A DNA stretch of 64,000 bases from Bacillota bacterium (GCA_003599345.1 QZJP01000012.1:16507-80506), one strand, 5' to 3'. Counted from the first letter of the stretch, positions 37,373 through 47,234 are shown. The notes: generated from the letters alone by a model not told the origin. Numbers and translations are program-made.

Positions 37373-38047
37373 CTATCCGGCGTACTCCGCCCGGTGCACC
37401 CCCTTCACGGACATGAGCAACCCGACCGATTGCTGTAGGGCGTCCCGGCTGGGGGCCTTGACCCGTAGTTCGATCTCCACGGTCGCTTCTCCAACGGGCG
37501 ACATACGGATGTCCTTGATATTGACGCCCTTTTCTCCCAACGCCGAGGCCACCCGCCCGAGTTGTCCCGGGGTGTCGTCGGTGACCACAGTCAGCAGCCC
37601 ATAGCCCTTGGCTCCGATGTAGTAGCGCTCCACCCGGGCCAGGAGGGTCAGGCTGATGAGAGACAGTACCGTGGTCGCCACCGCCGCCAGGTAGAAGCCG
37701 GACCCGACGGCCAACCCTATCGCGGCCACCACCCACAGGCCGGCCGCGGTAGTGAGGCCTTTGATGAACGGCCCCTCGTGGATGATGGTGCCGGCCCCGA
37801 GGAAGCCGATGCCCGTGACTACCTGAGCCGCTATGCGGCCCGGGTCCACGCCCTCGGCGCCGGCATAGAGGTCGCGGAGACTGATCGACACGACCATGAT
37901 GAGAGTGCTGCCAACCGCGACCAGGATGAACGTCCGGAGCCCGGCGGGGCGGTCGTGGGTTTCGCGTTCGAAGCCAAGAACGGCTCCCAGCACGAACGCG
38001 AGGGCAAGCCTGAGGATAGTCTCGAACTCCGATGGGGTGGCTCCCAC
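37373..38047 (-). CDS. mgtC: MgtC/SapB-family membrane protein with C-terminal ACT-like domain
   Basis: ILRLALAFVLGAVLGFERETHDRPAGLRTFILVAVGSTL is the MgtC signature. Start set at GTG 38045-38047 (about 225 aa, typical). The ORF-track extension to 38251 would overlap the upstream GT2 gene. Confidence 0.7.
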   Translation of the reverse strand: MGATPSEFETILRLALAFVLGAVLGFERETHDRPAGLRTFILVAVGSTLIMVVSISLRDLYAGAEGVDPGRIAAQVVTGIGFLGAGTIIHEGPFIKGLTTAAGLWVVAAIGLAVGSGFYLAAVATTVLSLISLTLLARVERYYIGAKGYGLLTVVTDDTPGQLGRVASALGEKGVNIKDIRMSPVGEATVEIELRVKAPSRDALQQSVGLLMSVKGVHRAEYAG

Positions 38048-38058
38048 TGGGCTGCCCC

Positions 38059-38799
38059 CTAACGTCGGGCTCGTTCGCTCTTGGGGACCATACGCAGGAT
38101 GTCCCAGTACATTCGCATGCGAGCCATGAACCCTCGCGCTAGGCCGATCTTCTCTTCCTTCATGCGCTGGGTTACGCCATAAATGCGGACTTCCTCGATA
38201 CGCCGCCTGTTCTCGCGGGCCCAGAGAGTCAGGGCCACCTCGGCCCCCCATCCGGTCTTCTCATCCATGCCCTTCAGCGGCTGGAACACGTCTGCCCGGC
38301 CGGCCCTCACCCCCGAGAGGAACGGAGTAACGGCCTGGGCGAAGTCTGTCGCGACGCGCCCCCGCCGCATCACGCCGATTGACACGTCGGCCCGGCCGCT
38401 CTCGATGGGCTCCACGAGCTTCCTGACGTGCTCTGGAGTGAGACCGATAAGGTCGGCATCCAGGAACAGCACTATGTCGAACCGCACCCGGTCCAGCCCG
38501 GCCTTCATGGCCGCGGCCTTCCCGAGGTTGGCGGTGAGCTCGATAACCGTAGCCCCCTGGGCTTTCGCGGCCGTCGCCGTCCCGTCTGTAGAACCGTCGC
38601 TGACGACTATGACCTCTCCGACCGCCTCAGCTGCCAGAGCGGCAGCTACCACTTGGCCTACCGTCTTCTCCTCATTGAACGCCGGGATGATGACCGAGAC
38701 GCCGCCGCTGGGCCGGCCGCCGTCACCCGGATCAGTAGGCCCGTGCGAAGTAGACAACGTCTCTGGCCTCCCCGCCGCAGAGGGCGCACCTGCTCCCAC
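38059..38799 (-). CDS. Family 2 glycosyltransferase (GT-A fold)
   Basis: VIIPAFNEE…VIVVSDGSTDGT…DADL GT2 motifs. The annotated start overlaps the proS 3' end by 68 nt, so the real start is probably internal (around 38700). Confidence 0.7.
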   Translation of the reverse strand: MGAGAPSAAGRPETLSTSHGPTDPGDGGRPSGGVSVIIPAFNEEKTVGQVVAAALAAEAVGEVIVVSDGSTDGTATAAKAQGATVIELTANLGKAAAMKAGLDRVRFDIVLFLDADLIGLTPEHVRKLVEPIESGRADVSIGVMRRGRVATDFAQAVTPFLSGVRAGRADVFQPLKGMDEKTGWGAEVALTLWARENRRRIEEVRIYGVTQRMKEEKIGLARGFMARMRMYWDILRMVPKSERARR

Positions 38800-40174
38800 G
38801 CCCGGAACTCCGCCCGCCCGGTCCCGGCGGCTCCGGCAAGGGCAGGCATCTTATGGTAGCTCCGGTCCTCTCCTTGATCTCCGCCTCGCACTCGGCCCGT
38901 CCACACCACGGGGCCCGGACAAAACCCCTCTTCGTTTCGATTATCTCCGCGAGTTGGTCGAAAGTATCGGCCTCATGGGTGTTCTGATCCCGGAACCGTC
39001 TTGCAGCCTCGAGAAGGTCCCCCTGTATTGTGCCCAACAGCTCAGACACGGCCCGCCGCAGCGCGACCGGCTCCGCCGGTAGAGCCATCTTCTGACCGGT
39101 GTCTCGTCTTACTGCCGTAACCTGTCCGGCCCGAGCGTCTCGGGGGCCGATCTCCAGGCGGAGCGGGACGCCACGCATCTCCCAATCGTTGAACTTCCAG
39201 CCCGGAGTGTACTCGGGCCGGTCGTCGACTCGCAGACGCACCGCGCCCCCGTTCGAGCCGCCTCCCGGGACCTCCGGCCCCTCAAGGGCCTCCCTGGCCG
39301 AAGCTACCGCGCCCGAAACCAGATCGGCGTCCTTGTCGCTCGGTATGGGCACGATGACCGCTTGCCACGGAGCTATCTTCGGGGGAAGGACCAGGCCCCG
39401 GTCGTCGCCATGCACCATGACCACGGCCCCGATGAGCCTCGTCGTCACGCCCCACGAGCTCTGCCAAACGTACTTGAGTTCGCCGTCCCGGTCGAGATAA
39501 GTGATGTCGTAGACCTTCGCGAAGTGCTGGCCCAAGTTGTGACAGGTCCCGGCCTGTAAGCCCCTACCGTCCGACATGAGGGCTTCGATTGAGTAGGTGC
39601 GCAGAGCCCCGGCGAACTTCTCGGACTCCGATTTCAGTCCCGGGATGACCGGTATGGCGAGCGTGCCCTCGACGAAGTCCCGGTATATCTCGAGGATGGT
39701 CAGGGTCTCGGCCTCGGCCTCCTCTTCAGTCCGGTGGCACGTGTGGCCTTCCTGCCAGAGGAACTCGAGCGTTCTCAGGAACGGCCTGGTGGCTTTCTCC
39801 CAGCGGACGACGTTGCACCACTGGTTGATGAGCACGGGCAGGTCCCGATACGATTGGATCCACTTGGCGTACATGGGCCCGATGATGGCCTCCGAGGTCG
39901 GCCGGACAGCCAGTGGCTCGGCCAGGTCCTCCCCCCCACCCCGGGTAACCCACGCCACCTGGGGGGTGAAACCCTCGAAGTGCTCGGCCTCCCGCCGGAG
40001 GAAACTCTCGGGGATGAAGAGCGGGAAGTAGGCGTTCCGGTGCCCGGTCGCCTTGAACCGGGGGTCCAGGCCGTCATGGATGGCCTCCCATAGGGCGTAG
40101 CCGTACGGCCGGATGACCATACACCCCTTTATCGGCGCGTAGTCCATCAATTCGGCCTTGGTGACGACATCCAC
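38732..40174 (-). CDS. proS: Prolyl-tRNA synthetase, archaeal/eukaryote-like type (no editing insertion, C-terminal zinc-binding domain ending in Tyr)
   Basis: Class IIa motifs, 480 aa, C-terminal …CALCGGEARDVVYFARAY. Only a 62-bp gap upstream, so no T-box leader. Confidence 0.9.
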   Translation of the reverse strand: MDVVTKAELMDYAPIKGCMVIRPYGYALWEAIHDGLDPRFKATGHRNAYFPLFIPESFLRREAEHFEGFTPQVAWVTRGGGEDLAEPLAVRPTSEAIIGPMYAKWIQSYRDLPVLINQWCNVVRWEKATRPFLRTLEFLWQEGHTCHRTEEEAEAETLTILEIYRDFVEGTLAIPVIPGLKSESEKFAGALRTYSIEALMSDGRGLQAGTCHNLGQHFAKVYDITYLDRDGELKYVWQSSWGVTTRLIGAVVMVHGDDRGLVLPPKIAPWQAVIVPIPSDKDADLVSGAVASAREALEGPEVPGGGSNGGAVRLRVDDRPEYTPGWKFNDWEMRGVPLRLEIGPRDARAGQVTAVRRDTGQKMALPAEPVALRRAVSELLGTIQGDLLEAARRFRDQNTHEADTFDQLAEIIETKRGFVRAPWCGRAECEAEIKERTGATIRCLPLPEPPGPGGRSSGRGSRCALCGGEARDVVYFARAY

Positions 40175-40236
40175 GTACCATTGCGAGTAGTCGTCGGCCC
40201 TCGGGGTTATGGCCTTGACGAACTCCTTGTCGTGCT

Positions 40237-41394
40237 TCAGTCGGTCTCCCTCCTGCCGAGACGCGAGGCGGCCCCGGGCCCCCGACCGTCTTCGCCCGTG
40301 GGACCCCTGCCAGCGGAACCGCCCGCCAAGCGGCCTGCTTCCTTCAATAGAGCATCAGCGATTTCCTGTCGCCGGACCCTCCGCACCGCTCGGCCCCCGA
40401 CGAAGAGCACCGCCGACCCTCCGGCCACGGCCACTCCGATGTCGGCGTCCCTGGCCTCGCCCGGTCCGTTGACCTCGCATCCCATCACGGCCACTCGCAA
40501 GGGACTGGTGACATCCTTCAGGGCCTCGCGCACTTCCTTGACGATGGGGACGAGGTCCACCGTGCTACGCCCGCAGGTGGGGCACGACACGACGAGCAGG
40601 CCCTCCCGCAGGCCGGTCGCGAGAAGAATCTCGCGGCCAACCTGGACCTCCTCGTCCGCGGGGCCCGTGAGCGACACCCGTATCGTGTCACCGATGCCCT
40701 CGAGGAGAAGAGCGCCGATTCCTATGGCGGAACGCACCGTCCCAGCCAGCCCGCTTCCGGCCTCCGTGACGCCCAGGTGAAGAGGGTAGTCCGTCCGCGT
40801 CGCTATCTCACGGTAAGCCCTCACGACCACGTCGAGGTCGTAGGCCTTGACCGACACGACCAGGTCGCGGTGGCCCGCCTCCTCAAGAATGTTCGCCTGC
40901 TCCAGGGCCGATTCAACCAAGGCTGTGGCCAGATCGCCCCGCGCCCGGTGTCGTGCCTCGGCGGTTATCGAACCGGCGTTGGCGCCGACGCGGATGGGAA
41001 CCCCGCGGTCGCGGGCGGCTCTGGCCACCTCGCGCACCCGTTCCGGAGAGCCGATGTTGCCCGGGTTCAGGCGTAACTTGTCCACGCCGGAGTCAATACA
41101 CATAAGAGCTAACCGGTGGTTGAAATGGATGTCGGCCACAACGGGAATTGGCGCGTCCTTCTTGATCAGCGCCACGGCTCGAGCCGCGTCCTCGTCCGGT
41201 ACGGCCAAGCGAACGAGGTCACACCCAAGCGCGGAAAGCCTCTCTATCTCGGCCACGGTCGCCCCAACCTGGCGGGTGTCCGTCTTGGCCATCGTCTGGA
41301 CGCTCACCGGCCAACCGCCGCCGATGATGACAGGCCCGGCTTTGACAGCCCTCGACCTACGCGGGCCTTCCCGTGGGCGGTGATCGGGGCTCAC
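40237..41394 (-). CDS. ispG: 4-hydroxy-3-methylbut-2-enyl diphosphate synthase (GcpE)
   Basis: GcpE TIM-barrel N-terminus (PVIIGGGWPVSVQTM) and C-terminal 3-Cys cluster region (CPTCGR…C). Confidence 0.9.
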   Translation of the reverse strand: MSPDHRPREGPRRSRAVKAGPVIIGGGWPVSVQTMAKTDTRQVGATVAEIERLSALGCDLVRLAVPDEDAARAVALIKKDAPIPVVADIHFNHRLALMCIDSGVDKLRLNPGNIGSPERVREVARAARDRGVPIRVGANAGSITAEARHRARGDLATALVESALEQANILEEAGHRDLVVSVKAYDLDVVVRAYREIATRTDYPLHLGVTEAGSGLAGTVRSAIGIGALLLEGIGDTIRVSLTGPADEEVQVGREILLATGLREGLLVVSCPTCGRSTVDLVPIVKEVREALKDVTSPLRVAVMGCEVNGPGEARDADIGVAVAGGSAVLFVGGRAVRRVRRQEIADALLKEAGRLAGGSAGRGPTGEDGRGPGAASRLGRRETD

Positions 41395-41403
41395 GCCGGG
41401 ACC

Positions 41404-42438
41404 TCACAGGCGCAGTATGTCACGGTAGGTGACCAGTACCATCAGCAAGATCAGAGCGGCGAAGCCGATGAAGTGGACGAGACTCTCGCGCCGCGGATCG
41501 GGCTTGCGCCCGGTCACCGCCTCGTAGGCCAGGAACGTTAAGCGCCCCCCGTCCAGCGCGGGGAACGGAAGGAGGTTGAACAACCCGATGTTGAGACTGA
41601 GGAAGCCTGCCAGGTAGGCGAGGTTGGCCAGGCCCGACTTGGCGGTGGAGCCTATGAACCTTACGGTCATCACCGGACCGGCAAGGTCGATCGGGGTCCG
41701 GCCGGTTATGAACCCTATGAGAGTAGCGAGCCAGGCCACGAGGACCCGCCAGGTCTCGGCCAGCCCTTCGCCCACGGCCCGCAGGACACCGATGCGCCGG
41801 TAGATGAGAGTCGGCGTGACACCTATCATTCCCTCGCCCGGCTCGTTCGGGTCGGACGCGGGCACCACGGTCACGGTCCTCACCTGATCCCCACGCTTGA
41901 GGACGATGGTCAGTTCCCTGCCGAGGGAACCCGCGACGATGTCGTCGAACACCCGCCAATCCTCAAGCTGCCGCCCGTCAACCGAGAGAAGAACGTCTCC
42001 AGGCTGTATGCCCGCCTTGTCGGCGGGAAACCCGGGAATGATCTGCCCGATCTCCGTCGAGGCCAGGTTGGCCTCGTGGGGGATTCCCCACACTCCAAAC
42101 AGGAGAGCGAACAGCACCGCCGTCAGAGCGAAGTTCATGAAGGGCCCGGCGGCGATGGCGAGCGATCTCTGCCCGACGGACTTGGCCTTGTAGGAATCTT
42201 CGGTGACGGGCTCGTCCGGTTCGGAGCCGACCATGACCGTGAACCCTCCGAGAGGCAGGAGCCTCACGGAGTAGTCCGTCTCGCCCCGGGTCCATCCCCA
42301 CAGGCGGGGACCGAAGCCGACGGAGAATTCCTTCACCCCGATGCCTACACGCCTGGCCGCTATGAAGTGCCCGAATTCGTGGGCCAGAATGAGGAGTCCG
42401 AAGACAAGGATGGACGTCACCAAGGTAAGGACCGTCAA
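41404..42438 (-). CDS. rseP: RIP zinc metalloprotease RseP (site-2 protease with PDZ domain)
   Basis: HEFGHFIAAR HExxH motif in TM1, PDZ domain, LDGG motif. Confidence 0.85.
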   Translation of the reverse strand: MTVLTLVTSILVFGLLILAHEFGHFIAARRVGIGVKEFSVGFGPRLWGWTRGETDYSVRLLPLGGFTVMVGSEPDEPVTEDSYKAKSVGQRSLAIAAGPFMNFALTAVLFALLFGVWGIPHEANLASTEIGQIIPGFPADKAGIQPGDVLLSVDGRQLEDWRVFDDIVAGSLGRELTIVLKRGDQVRTVTVVPASDPNEPGEGMIGVTPTLIYRRIGVLRAVGEGLAETWRVLVAWLATLIGFITGRTPIDLAGPVMTVRFIGSTAKSGLANLAYLAGFLSLNIGLFNLLPFPALDGGRLTFLAYEAVTGRKPDPRRESLVHFIGFAALILLMVLVTYRDILRL

Positions 42439-42476
42439 GTCGTCCGCTCCCTCCGAGCCTGGCGGGGAAGCCCTGG

Positions 42477-43673
42477 TCAGCCCTCGAGGTCGTCGACCGC
42501 CGCTAGGGCTGACTCACGCCCCTCGGCGTCGGCCCGGACGGCGTCATCAAGGCTGTCTATGTCGAAGGGGTCGTGATCAGCCAGCGTTTCCTCCAGGAGC
42601 CGTGGGATGTCATTGAAGCCGATACGGCCGCGCAGGAACTCAGCCACCAGGACCTCGTCTGCCGCGCTGAGGACCGCAGGCAGACTCTTCCCTATTCTAC
42701 CCGCGTGATAAGCCAAATTCAAGCAAGGGAAAGCCCTGGTATCTGGGCTATTAAAGGTCAACGGGCCGGTAGAGGCCAGGTCCAGGGCTGGCCAAGGTGA
42801 TGGTAGCCGCTCGGGGTAGAGGAGGGCGTACTGAATCGGGTACCGCATGTCGGGGGGGCCGAGATGAGCGAGAACCACCCCGTCCTTGAGGACGATCAAC
42901 GAGTGCACGAGGCTCGTCGTGTGAACAAGAACCGACACCCGGTCGACCGGGAGGTCAAAGAGCCAGCCGGCCTCGATGACCTCGAACCCCTTGTTCATCA
43001 GGGTGGCGGAATCGACAGTGATCTTGGGACCCATCCGCCACGTGGGATGGTCGAGCGCCGCCTGCGGGGTCACGGCGGCCAGGGCCTGAGCATCCAGCCC
43101 GTAGAAGGGACCTCCCGATGCGGTCAGGATGATGCGGTCGACCTCGCTCGCCGGCCGGCCGTGCATCAGCTGGAAGACCGCGGACGGTTCCGAGTCTACG
43201 GGAAGCAGGCGTACCCCACGTCTGCGCGCCAGCGAGGTGATGAGACCGCCGGCCGCGACGATCGGTTCCTTGTTCGCGAGGGCGACATCCTTGCCGGCTT
43301 CTATCGCCGCCAGGGTAGGCGCGAGACCGGCGAAGCCCACCACACCGTTGAGCACGAGGTCAGCGTCGCTCCAGGTGGCGACCTCCGCCACTCCCCCGGG
43401 CCCGGCGCGGACCTTCATCCCGGCCAGGCGAGACGCGTGATCGGCGGCTTCAGCCGACGCGAGGGCGGCCACTGACGGCCGCCACCGAGTGAGTTGTGCC
43501 GCGAACAGCCGGACGGACTCCGGCGTTGAACCCCGGGCGGTCCCGAAACCACCGGCGGACAACCCGACCACTTGGATGAACTCGGGAAAGGCCTCGGCCA
43601 CCTCGAGCGCTTGACGCCCGATAGAGCCGGTGGAGCCGAGGATAGCTACGCGCTTCGGCCTCAGCGAGGTCAT
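42477..43673 (-). CDS. dxr: 1-deoxy-D-xylulose 5-phosphate reductoisomerase
   Basis: MTSLRPKRVAILGSTGSIGRQALEV is the canonical Dxr N-terminus. ATG 43671-43673 abuts the stop of the upstream permease. The 137-aa upstream ORF extension to 44084 is rejected. Confidence 0.9.
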   Translation of the reverse strand: MTSLRPKRVAILGSTGSIGRQALEVAEAFPEFIQVVGLSAGGFGTARGSTPESVRLFAAQLTRWRPSVAALASAEAADHASRLAGMKVRAGPGGVAEVATWSDADLVLNGVVGFAGLAPTLAAIEAGKDVALANKEPIVAAGGLITSLARRRGVRLLPVDSEPSAVFQLMHGRPASEVDRIILTASGGPFYGLDAQALAAVTPQAALDHPTWRMGPKITVDSATLMNKGFEVIEAGWLFDLPVDRVSVLVHTTSLVHSLIVLKDGVVLAHLGPPDMRYPIQYALLYPERLPSPWPALDLASTGPLTFNSPDTRAFPCLNLAYHAGRIGKSLPAVLSAADEVLVAEFLRGRIGFNDIPRLLEETLADHDPFDIDSLDDAVRADAEGRESALAAVDDLEG

Positions 43674-44851
43674 GCCTCGACGCTGCCTCCGCCTGCCCGG
43701 TCTCCAGGAGGGGCCGGGGGGCCGGTGGAGCGCTCGCGTCGCCGTGGCGCGTGCGGTCTCGGCGGCACGGCCCCGGACTTGATGACGGCCTTGATGACTA
43801 TGGCTACAAGAGGCCCCACAACGAGCCCGGCGACGCCCAGAAGCCGTATCCCGAGATACAGGGCCACGAGCGTGAGGAGCGGGTGAAGCCCTATCCTCTC
43901 CCCGATGACCCGCGGCTCCATGAACTGCCTGAAGACCGTTATGCCCGAGACCAGTACCAGAAGACCGACCCCGAGCGCCGCGTTCCCGTCTATCAGGCAG
44001 TAGGCGGCCCACGGCACTAACACGGTCGCCGGCCCGACGATGGGTAGAACGTCGAGGAGACCCGCGACCAGTCCAACGATCCACGCGTACTTGACCCCGA
44101 GAATCAGAAGACCGGTCATGGTGATGACGAGCGTGATGCCCACGAGCGTCAGCTGGGCCTTCACGAGCCCCACGGCCGACCGGACCACGTCGCGGTTCAC
44201 CCTGGCTACCGTATCGCGGTACCCGCTCGGGAGAAGGGAGAGGAGGAAGTCGCGGATCAACACCTTGTCACGACTGATGAAGAACGTGGCCACCAGGGCC
44301 ACCGCCACCACGAGGAAGGCGGACGGCAGCCCGGCGAGACCCTTCACGAGAGCCCTGAGCACAGCCTGCAGACCAAGGTAGAAGGATTGCAGCCCTGATT
44401 GCAGTGTCGACTCGACGGTGTCGACGAAGTCCGCGGGCAACCCCCGAACGGCGGCGGTGACCCGCTCGATGAGGCCCTCCATGACCGTGACGATATCGTC
44501 GTAGTGGCTCGGCAGTTCAGCGGCAAGCTGACCCACCTGGATGACGACGGCGCCCACCCCGAAAAGCACGAGCCCCAGCGCAAGACCGAAGAAAAAGACG
44601 AGGGTCACGGCCACGGCCCATCCCCTGGGCATCCGCAGCCTGTCCTCGAGGCCGTCGACCGTCGGGTCGATTAGAACGGCAATACAGAACGCGAGAACGA
44701 AGGGCAGGAAATACGGTACCGCATACTTCAAGAGGAGGTAGAAACCCACGAGGCCGACAATCCAGGCGATGCCCGTTGCGACGTGGCGCCATCCCTGAGG
44801 AAGGCCTCCGGCATCTCGCTCGCCTCTATTCATCCACCGGCCCCCAACCAC
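43670..44851 (-). CDS. AI-2E family transporter (UPF0118/PF01594) membrane protein
   Basis: About 390 aa, 7-8 TM segments, typical AI-2E/PerM topology. It is inserted between cdsA and dxr, which is not the Bacillus arrangement. Confidence 0.7.
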   Translation of the reverse strand: MVGGRWMNRGERDAGGLPQGWRHVATGIAWIVGLVGFYLLLKYAVPYFLPFVLAFCIAVLIDPTVDGLEDRLRMPRGWAVAVTLVFFFGLALGLVLFGVGAVVIQVGQLAAELPSHYDDIVTVMEGLIERVTAAVRGLPADFVDTVESTLQSGLQSFYLGLQAVLRALVKGLAGLPSAFLVVAVALVATFFISRDKVLIRDFLLSLLPSGYRDTVARVNRDVVRSAVGLVKAQLTLVGITLVITMTGLLILGVKYAWIVGLVAGLLDVLPIVGPATVLVPWAAYCLIDGNAALGVGLLVLVSGITVFRQFMEPRVIGERIGLHPLLTLVALYLGIRLLGVAGLVVGPLVAIVIKAVIKSGAVPPRPHAPRRRERSTGPPAPPGDRAGGGSVEA

Positions 44852-45627
44852 AAGACCCAGGTATAGTATACGGCAGGCATGACGGCGAGAAGGCTGTCGA
44901 AACGATCTAGAATCCCGCCGTGGCCAGGTATCAAGGTCCCTGAGTCTTTGACCCCCGCCTGGCGCTTGAGGGCGGACTCAGCCAGGTCTCCGAGCTGAGC
45001 GGCTGTCATGATGATGACCCCTAGGGCCACCGCCTGGACGGGCGCTAGGCCGAGCCAGGCGATACCGAGCCACACCAGTACCGGGCCACCTGCGACGAGC
45101 CCCCCGATGAGACCCTCCACGGACTTGCCCGGACTCACGGACGGTGCCAGCCGGTGCCGGCCGAATGCCCGCCCCGCGAAGTAGGAGCCGGAGTCGAACA
45201 CCCACGTGCCGATGAGTCCCACGAAGAAGGGAGCCATGCCCGCGCCGAGATTCCTCAGGAGAACGAAGTGCGACGCGAGCCAGGGAAGATAGACTAACGA
45301 GAAGGCGGACGCTATCCCGTCTGCGGTCTTGATCCTCGACGGCCACACCGCTGGAAGCATCACCGCCGCAAGGAAGCCCGACGTGAGAACCGCGGGAGCC
45401 AGGTCCGACCGGCCCGCGGCGGCGACCGCGATAAGCCCGAGACCGAAGGGCACCGTCAAGGCCGGCCACGCCCGTGAACCCTTAGCGACGAACAGCCTAT
45501 CCAGCTCGACGGACCCCACCAAGACCACGACGGCCATGACCGCCCACAGGAGCGAACCTCCGAAGTAGCCCGCCGCGATGAGCAGCGGTCCGTAGACCGC
45601 GGCGCTGGCAACGCGCGTAGCCAGCAT
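44830..45627 (-). CDS. cdsA: Phosphatidate cytidylyltransferase
   Basis: Polytopic membrane protein of CdsA length. Conserved position between uppS and dxr. Confidence 0.8.
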   Translation of the reverse strand: MLATRVASAAVYGPLLIAAGYFGGSLLWAVMAVVVLVGSVELDRLFVAKGSRAWPALTVPFGLGLIAVAAAGRSDLAPAVLTSGFLAAVMLPAVWPSRIKTADGIASAFSLVYLPWLASHFVLLRNLGAGMAPFFVGLIGTWVFDSGSYFAGRAFGRHRLAPSVSPGKSVEGLIGGLVAGGPVLVWLGIAWLGLAPVQAVALGVIIMTAAQLGDLAESALKRQAGVKDSGTLIPGHGGILDRFDSLLAVMPAVYYTWVLWLGAGG

Positions 45628-46346
45628 CAGTCCTTGTCCTCGTGCAGCCCGCCGTAGCGCCGGTCCCGCGACCGGTAAGCCTCTACGGCCTCGGCCAGAT
45701 GCTCGGGCTGGAAGTCAGGCCAGAGGACCGGTGTGAACCAGAGCTCGGTGTAAGCGATCTGCCACAAGAGGAAGTTTGACAAGCGCATCTCCCCGCTCGG
45801 CCGTATGAGCAGGTCGGGCTCCGGGATGCCGGCCGTCTCGAGTTCGGCCTCAAAGGCCTTTTCGTCCAGAGTCGCCGGGTCTAAGAGCCCGCGGGCCGCC
45901 TTCTCGGCCACGCGCCGCGCGGCCTCGACTATCTCACGGCGCCCGCCGTAGTTCAGGGCGAGGCACAGGACGGCCCCCTTGTTCCGGCTTGTTGCCTTGA
46001 CGAGATCGTCGAGTGCGCGCCGGGTCTCGGGGGGTAGAGGCCCGGGGAAGCCGATGACGCGAACCTGTACGTCGTTGTCGAGGAGTTCCTGCTGCTCCTT
46101 GTGGATCCACTCGCCGAGAAGGTCCATCAAAGCATCTACTTCGTCCCGGGGTCGCTTCCAGTTCTCAGTGGAGAAGGCGTAGACCGTCAGTATCTCGATA
46201 CCGAGGTCGCGGCAGGCCTCGACCGTCCGGCGCAAGGCCCGCATGCCCGCGCGATGCCCCTCCGCCCTGCTCAAGTTACGCTTCTCGGCCCAACGACCGT
46301 TGCCGTCCATGATAATGGCTACGTGTCTGGGCACGGGCCCTCTCAC
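45627..46346 (-). CDS. uppS: Undecaprenyl-diphosphate synthase (cis-prenyltransferase)
   Basis: HVAIIMDGNGRWA is the canonical UPPS motif. GTG start with GGGGGGAGAG SD. Confidence 0.9.
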   Translation of the reverse strand: MRGPVPRHVAIIMDGNGRWAEKRNLSRAEGHRAGMRALRRTVEACRDLGIEILTVYAFSTENWKRPRDEVDALMDLLGEWIHKEQQELLDNDVQVRVIGFPGPLPPETRRALDDLVKATSRNKGAVLCLALNYGGRREIVEAARRVAEKAARGLLDPATLDEKAFEAELETAGIPEPDLLIRPSGEMRLSNFLLWQIAYTELWFTPVLWPDFQPEHLAEAVEAYRSRDRRYGGLHEDKD

Positions 46347-46410
46347 GGTCTCTCCCCCCCGAAGTCGGTGCCGAGGCCGGACCCCCTCGCCCCGCGGAAA
46401 TCCGGCAGAA

Positions 46411-46671
46411 CTAGCACTCCCCGGCGCGGCCCCGCCCCTCTCTGACGTATTCCTCAGCCGCGACGGTGAACTCCAGGACCCCTCGTCCCACGAGCCTTAC
46501 CCTCAGGACCCGTAAGCTCCCCCGGGCTTCACCAGGCCACGGGGGCCGCGTGGTGACCTCGCTGGTCTCATACCCGGCATCCCTCGCCCACTTCATCGCG
46601 ACACCCGCGTCCAGCCCGATCAGGTCCGCCAACCCGGTCCGTTCCCCTTCGAGCCCGCTACCGGGCTCCAT
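46411..46671 (-). CDS. Possible small PASTA-like-domain ORF or gene remnant between frr and uppS
   Basis: An ATG 5 nt after the frr stop opens an 87-aa frame. …LADLIGLDAGVAMKWARDAGYETSEVTT…RVLRVRLV…VLEFTVA loosely resembles a PASTA domain. No SD. The 330-bp non-coding gap is otherwise unexplained. Confidence 0.25.
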   Translation of the reverse strand: MEPGSGLEGERTGLADLIGLDAGVAMKWARDAGYETSEVTTRPPWPGEARGSLRVLRVRLVGRGVLEFTVAAEEYVREGRGRAGEC

Positions 46672-46676
46672 GAACG

Positions 46677-47234
46677 TCAGACTTCCATCAGCTCCTTTTC
46701 CTTGGCCGCGACAAGCTTGTCTATCTCCCCCACGTACTTGTCGGTCAGCTTCTGGACGTCTTCCAGGCCCCGGTCGCGGTCGTCCTCGGGAAGCTCGCCT
46801 TCCTTGCACATCTCCTTCAGGAAGTCGTTGGCCTCCCGCCGCAGGTTCCTGAGCGCCACTCTCTCCTCCTCGGCCTTCTTTCGGATGAACTTGACCAGCT
46901 CGTTGCGTCGTTCCTCCGTGAGTTGGGGTATGGCCAGCCGGATGAGATGGCCGTCGTTCTGAGGATGGACGCCCAAATCGGACTTGGCGATGGCTTTCTC
47001 GACCGCGCCCACCTGCGTCTTGTCCCATGGCTGTATGACCAGCAGCCTGGGCTCCGGGACGCTTATCGTGGCCAACTGCTGGAGCGGGGTCGGAGTCCCA
47101 TAGTAGTCGACCATAATCCGCTCGACCAGACCGGGAGAAGCCCTTCCGGCCCTCAGGGTGGACAACTCCTTCCGGAAGTAGTCCACCGTCTTCTTCATCC
47201 TCTCCTCGGCGTCAGAGGTAACGTCCTCAATCAC
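46677..47234 (-). CDS. frr: Ribosome recycling factor
   Basis: Full-length RRF (185 aa), [37 protein letters not shown]…. Confidence 0.9.
   Translation of the reverse strand: MIEDVTSDAEERMKKTVDYFRKELSTLRAGRASPGLVERIMVDYYGTPTPLQQLATISVPEPRLLVIQPWDKTQVGAVEKAIAKSDLGVHPQNDGHLIRLAIPQLTEERRNELVKFIRKKAEEERVALRNLRREANDFLKEMCKEGELPEDDRDRGLEDVQKLTDKYVGEIDKLVAAKEKELMEV

Noticed and set aside
43674-44084. 137-codon N-terminal extension of dxr
   Set aside because: The extension is Arg/Gly-rich low complexity, lies entirely inside the AI-2E permease gene in another frame, and the canonical Dxr N-terminus begins at ATG 43673.
46411-47028. 205-aa minus-strand ORF
   Set aside because: It overlaps frr in a different frame over most of its length and translates to Arg/Gly-rich low-complexity sequence. 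Only its 3' tail downstream of frr was kept as a low-confidence small ORF.
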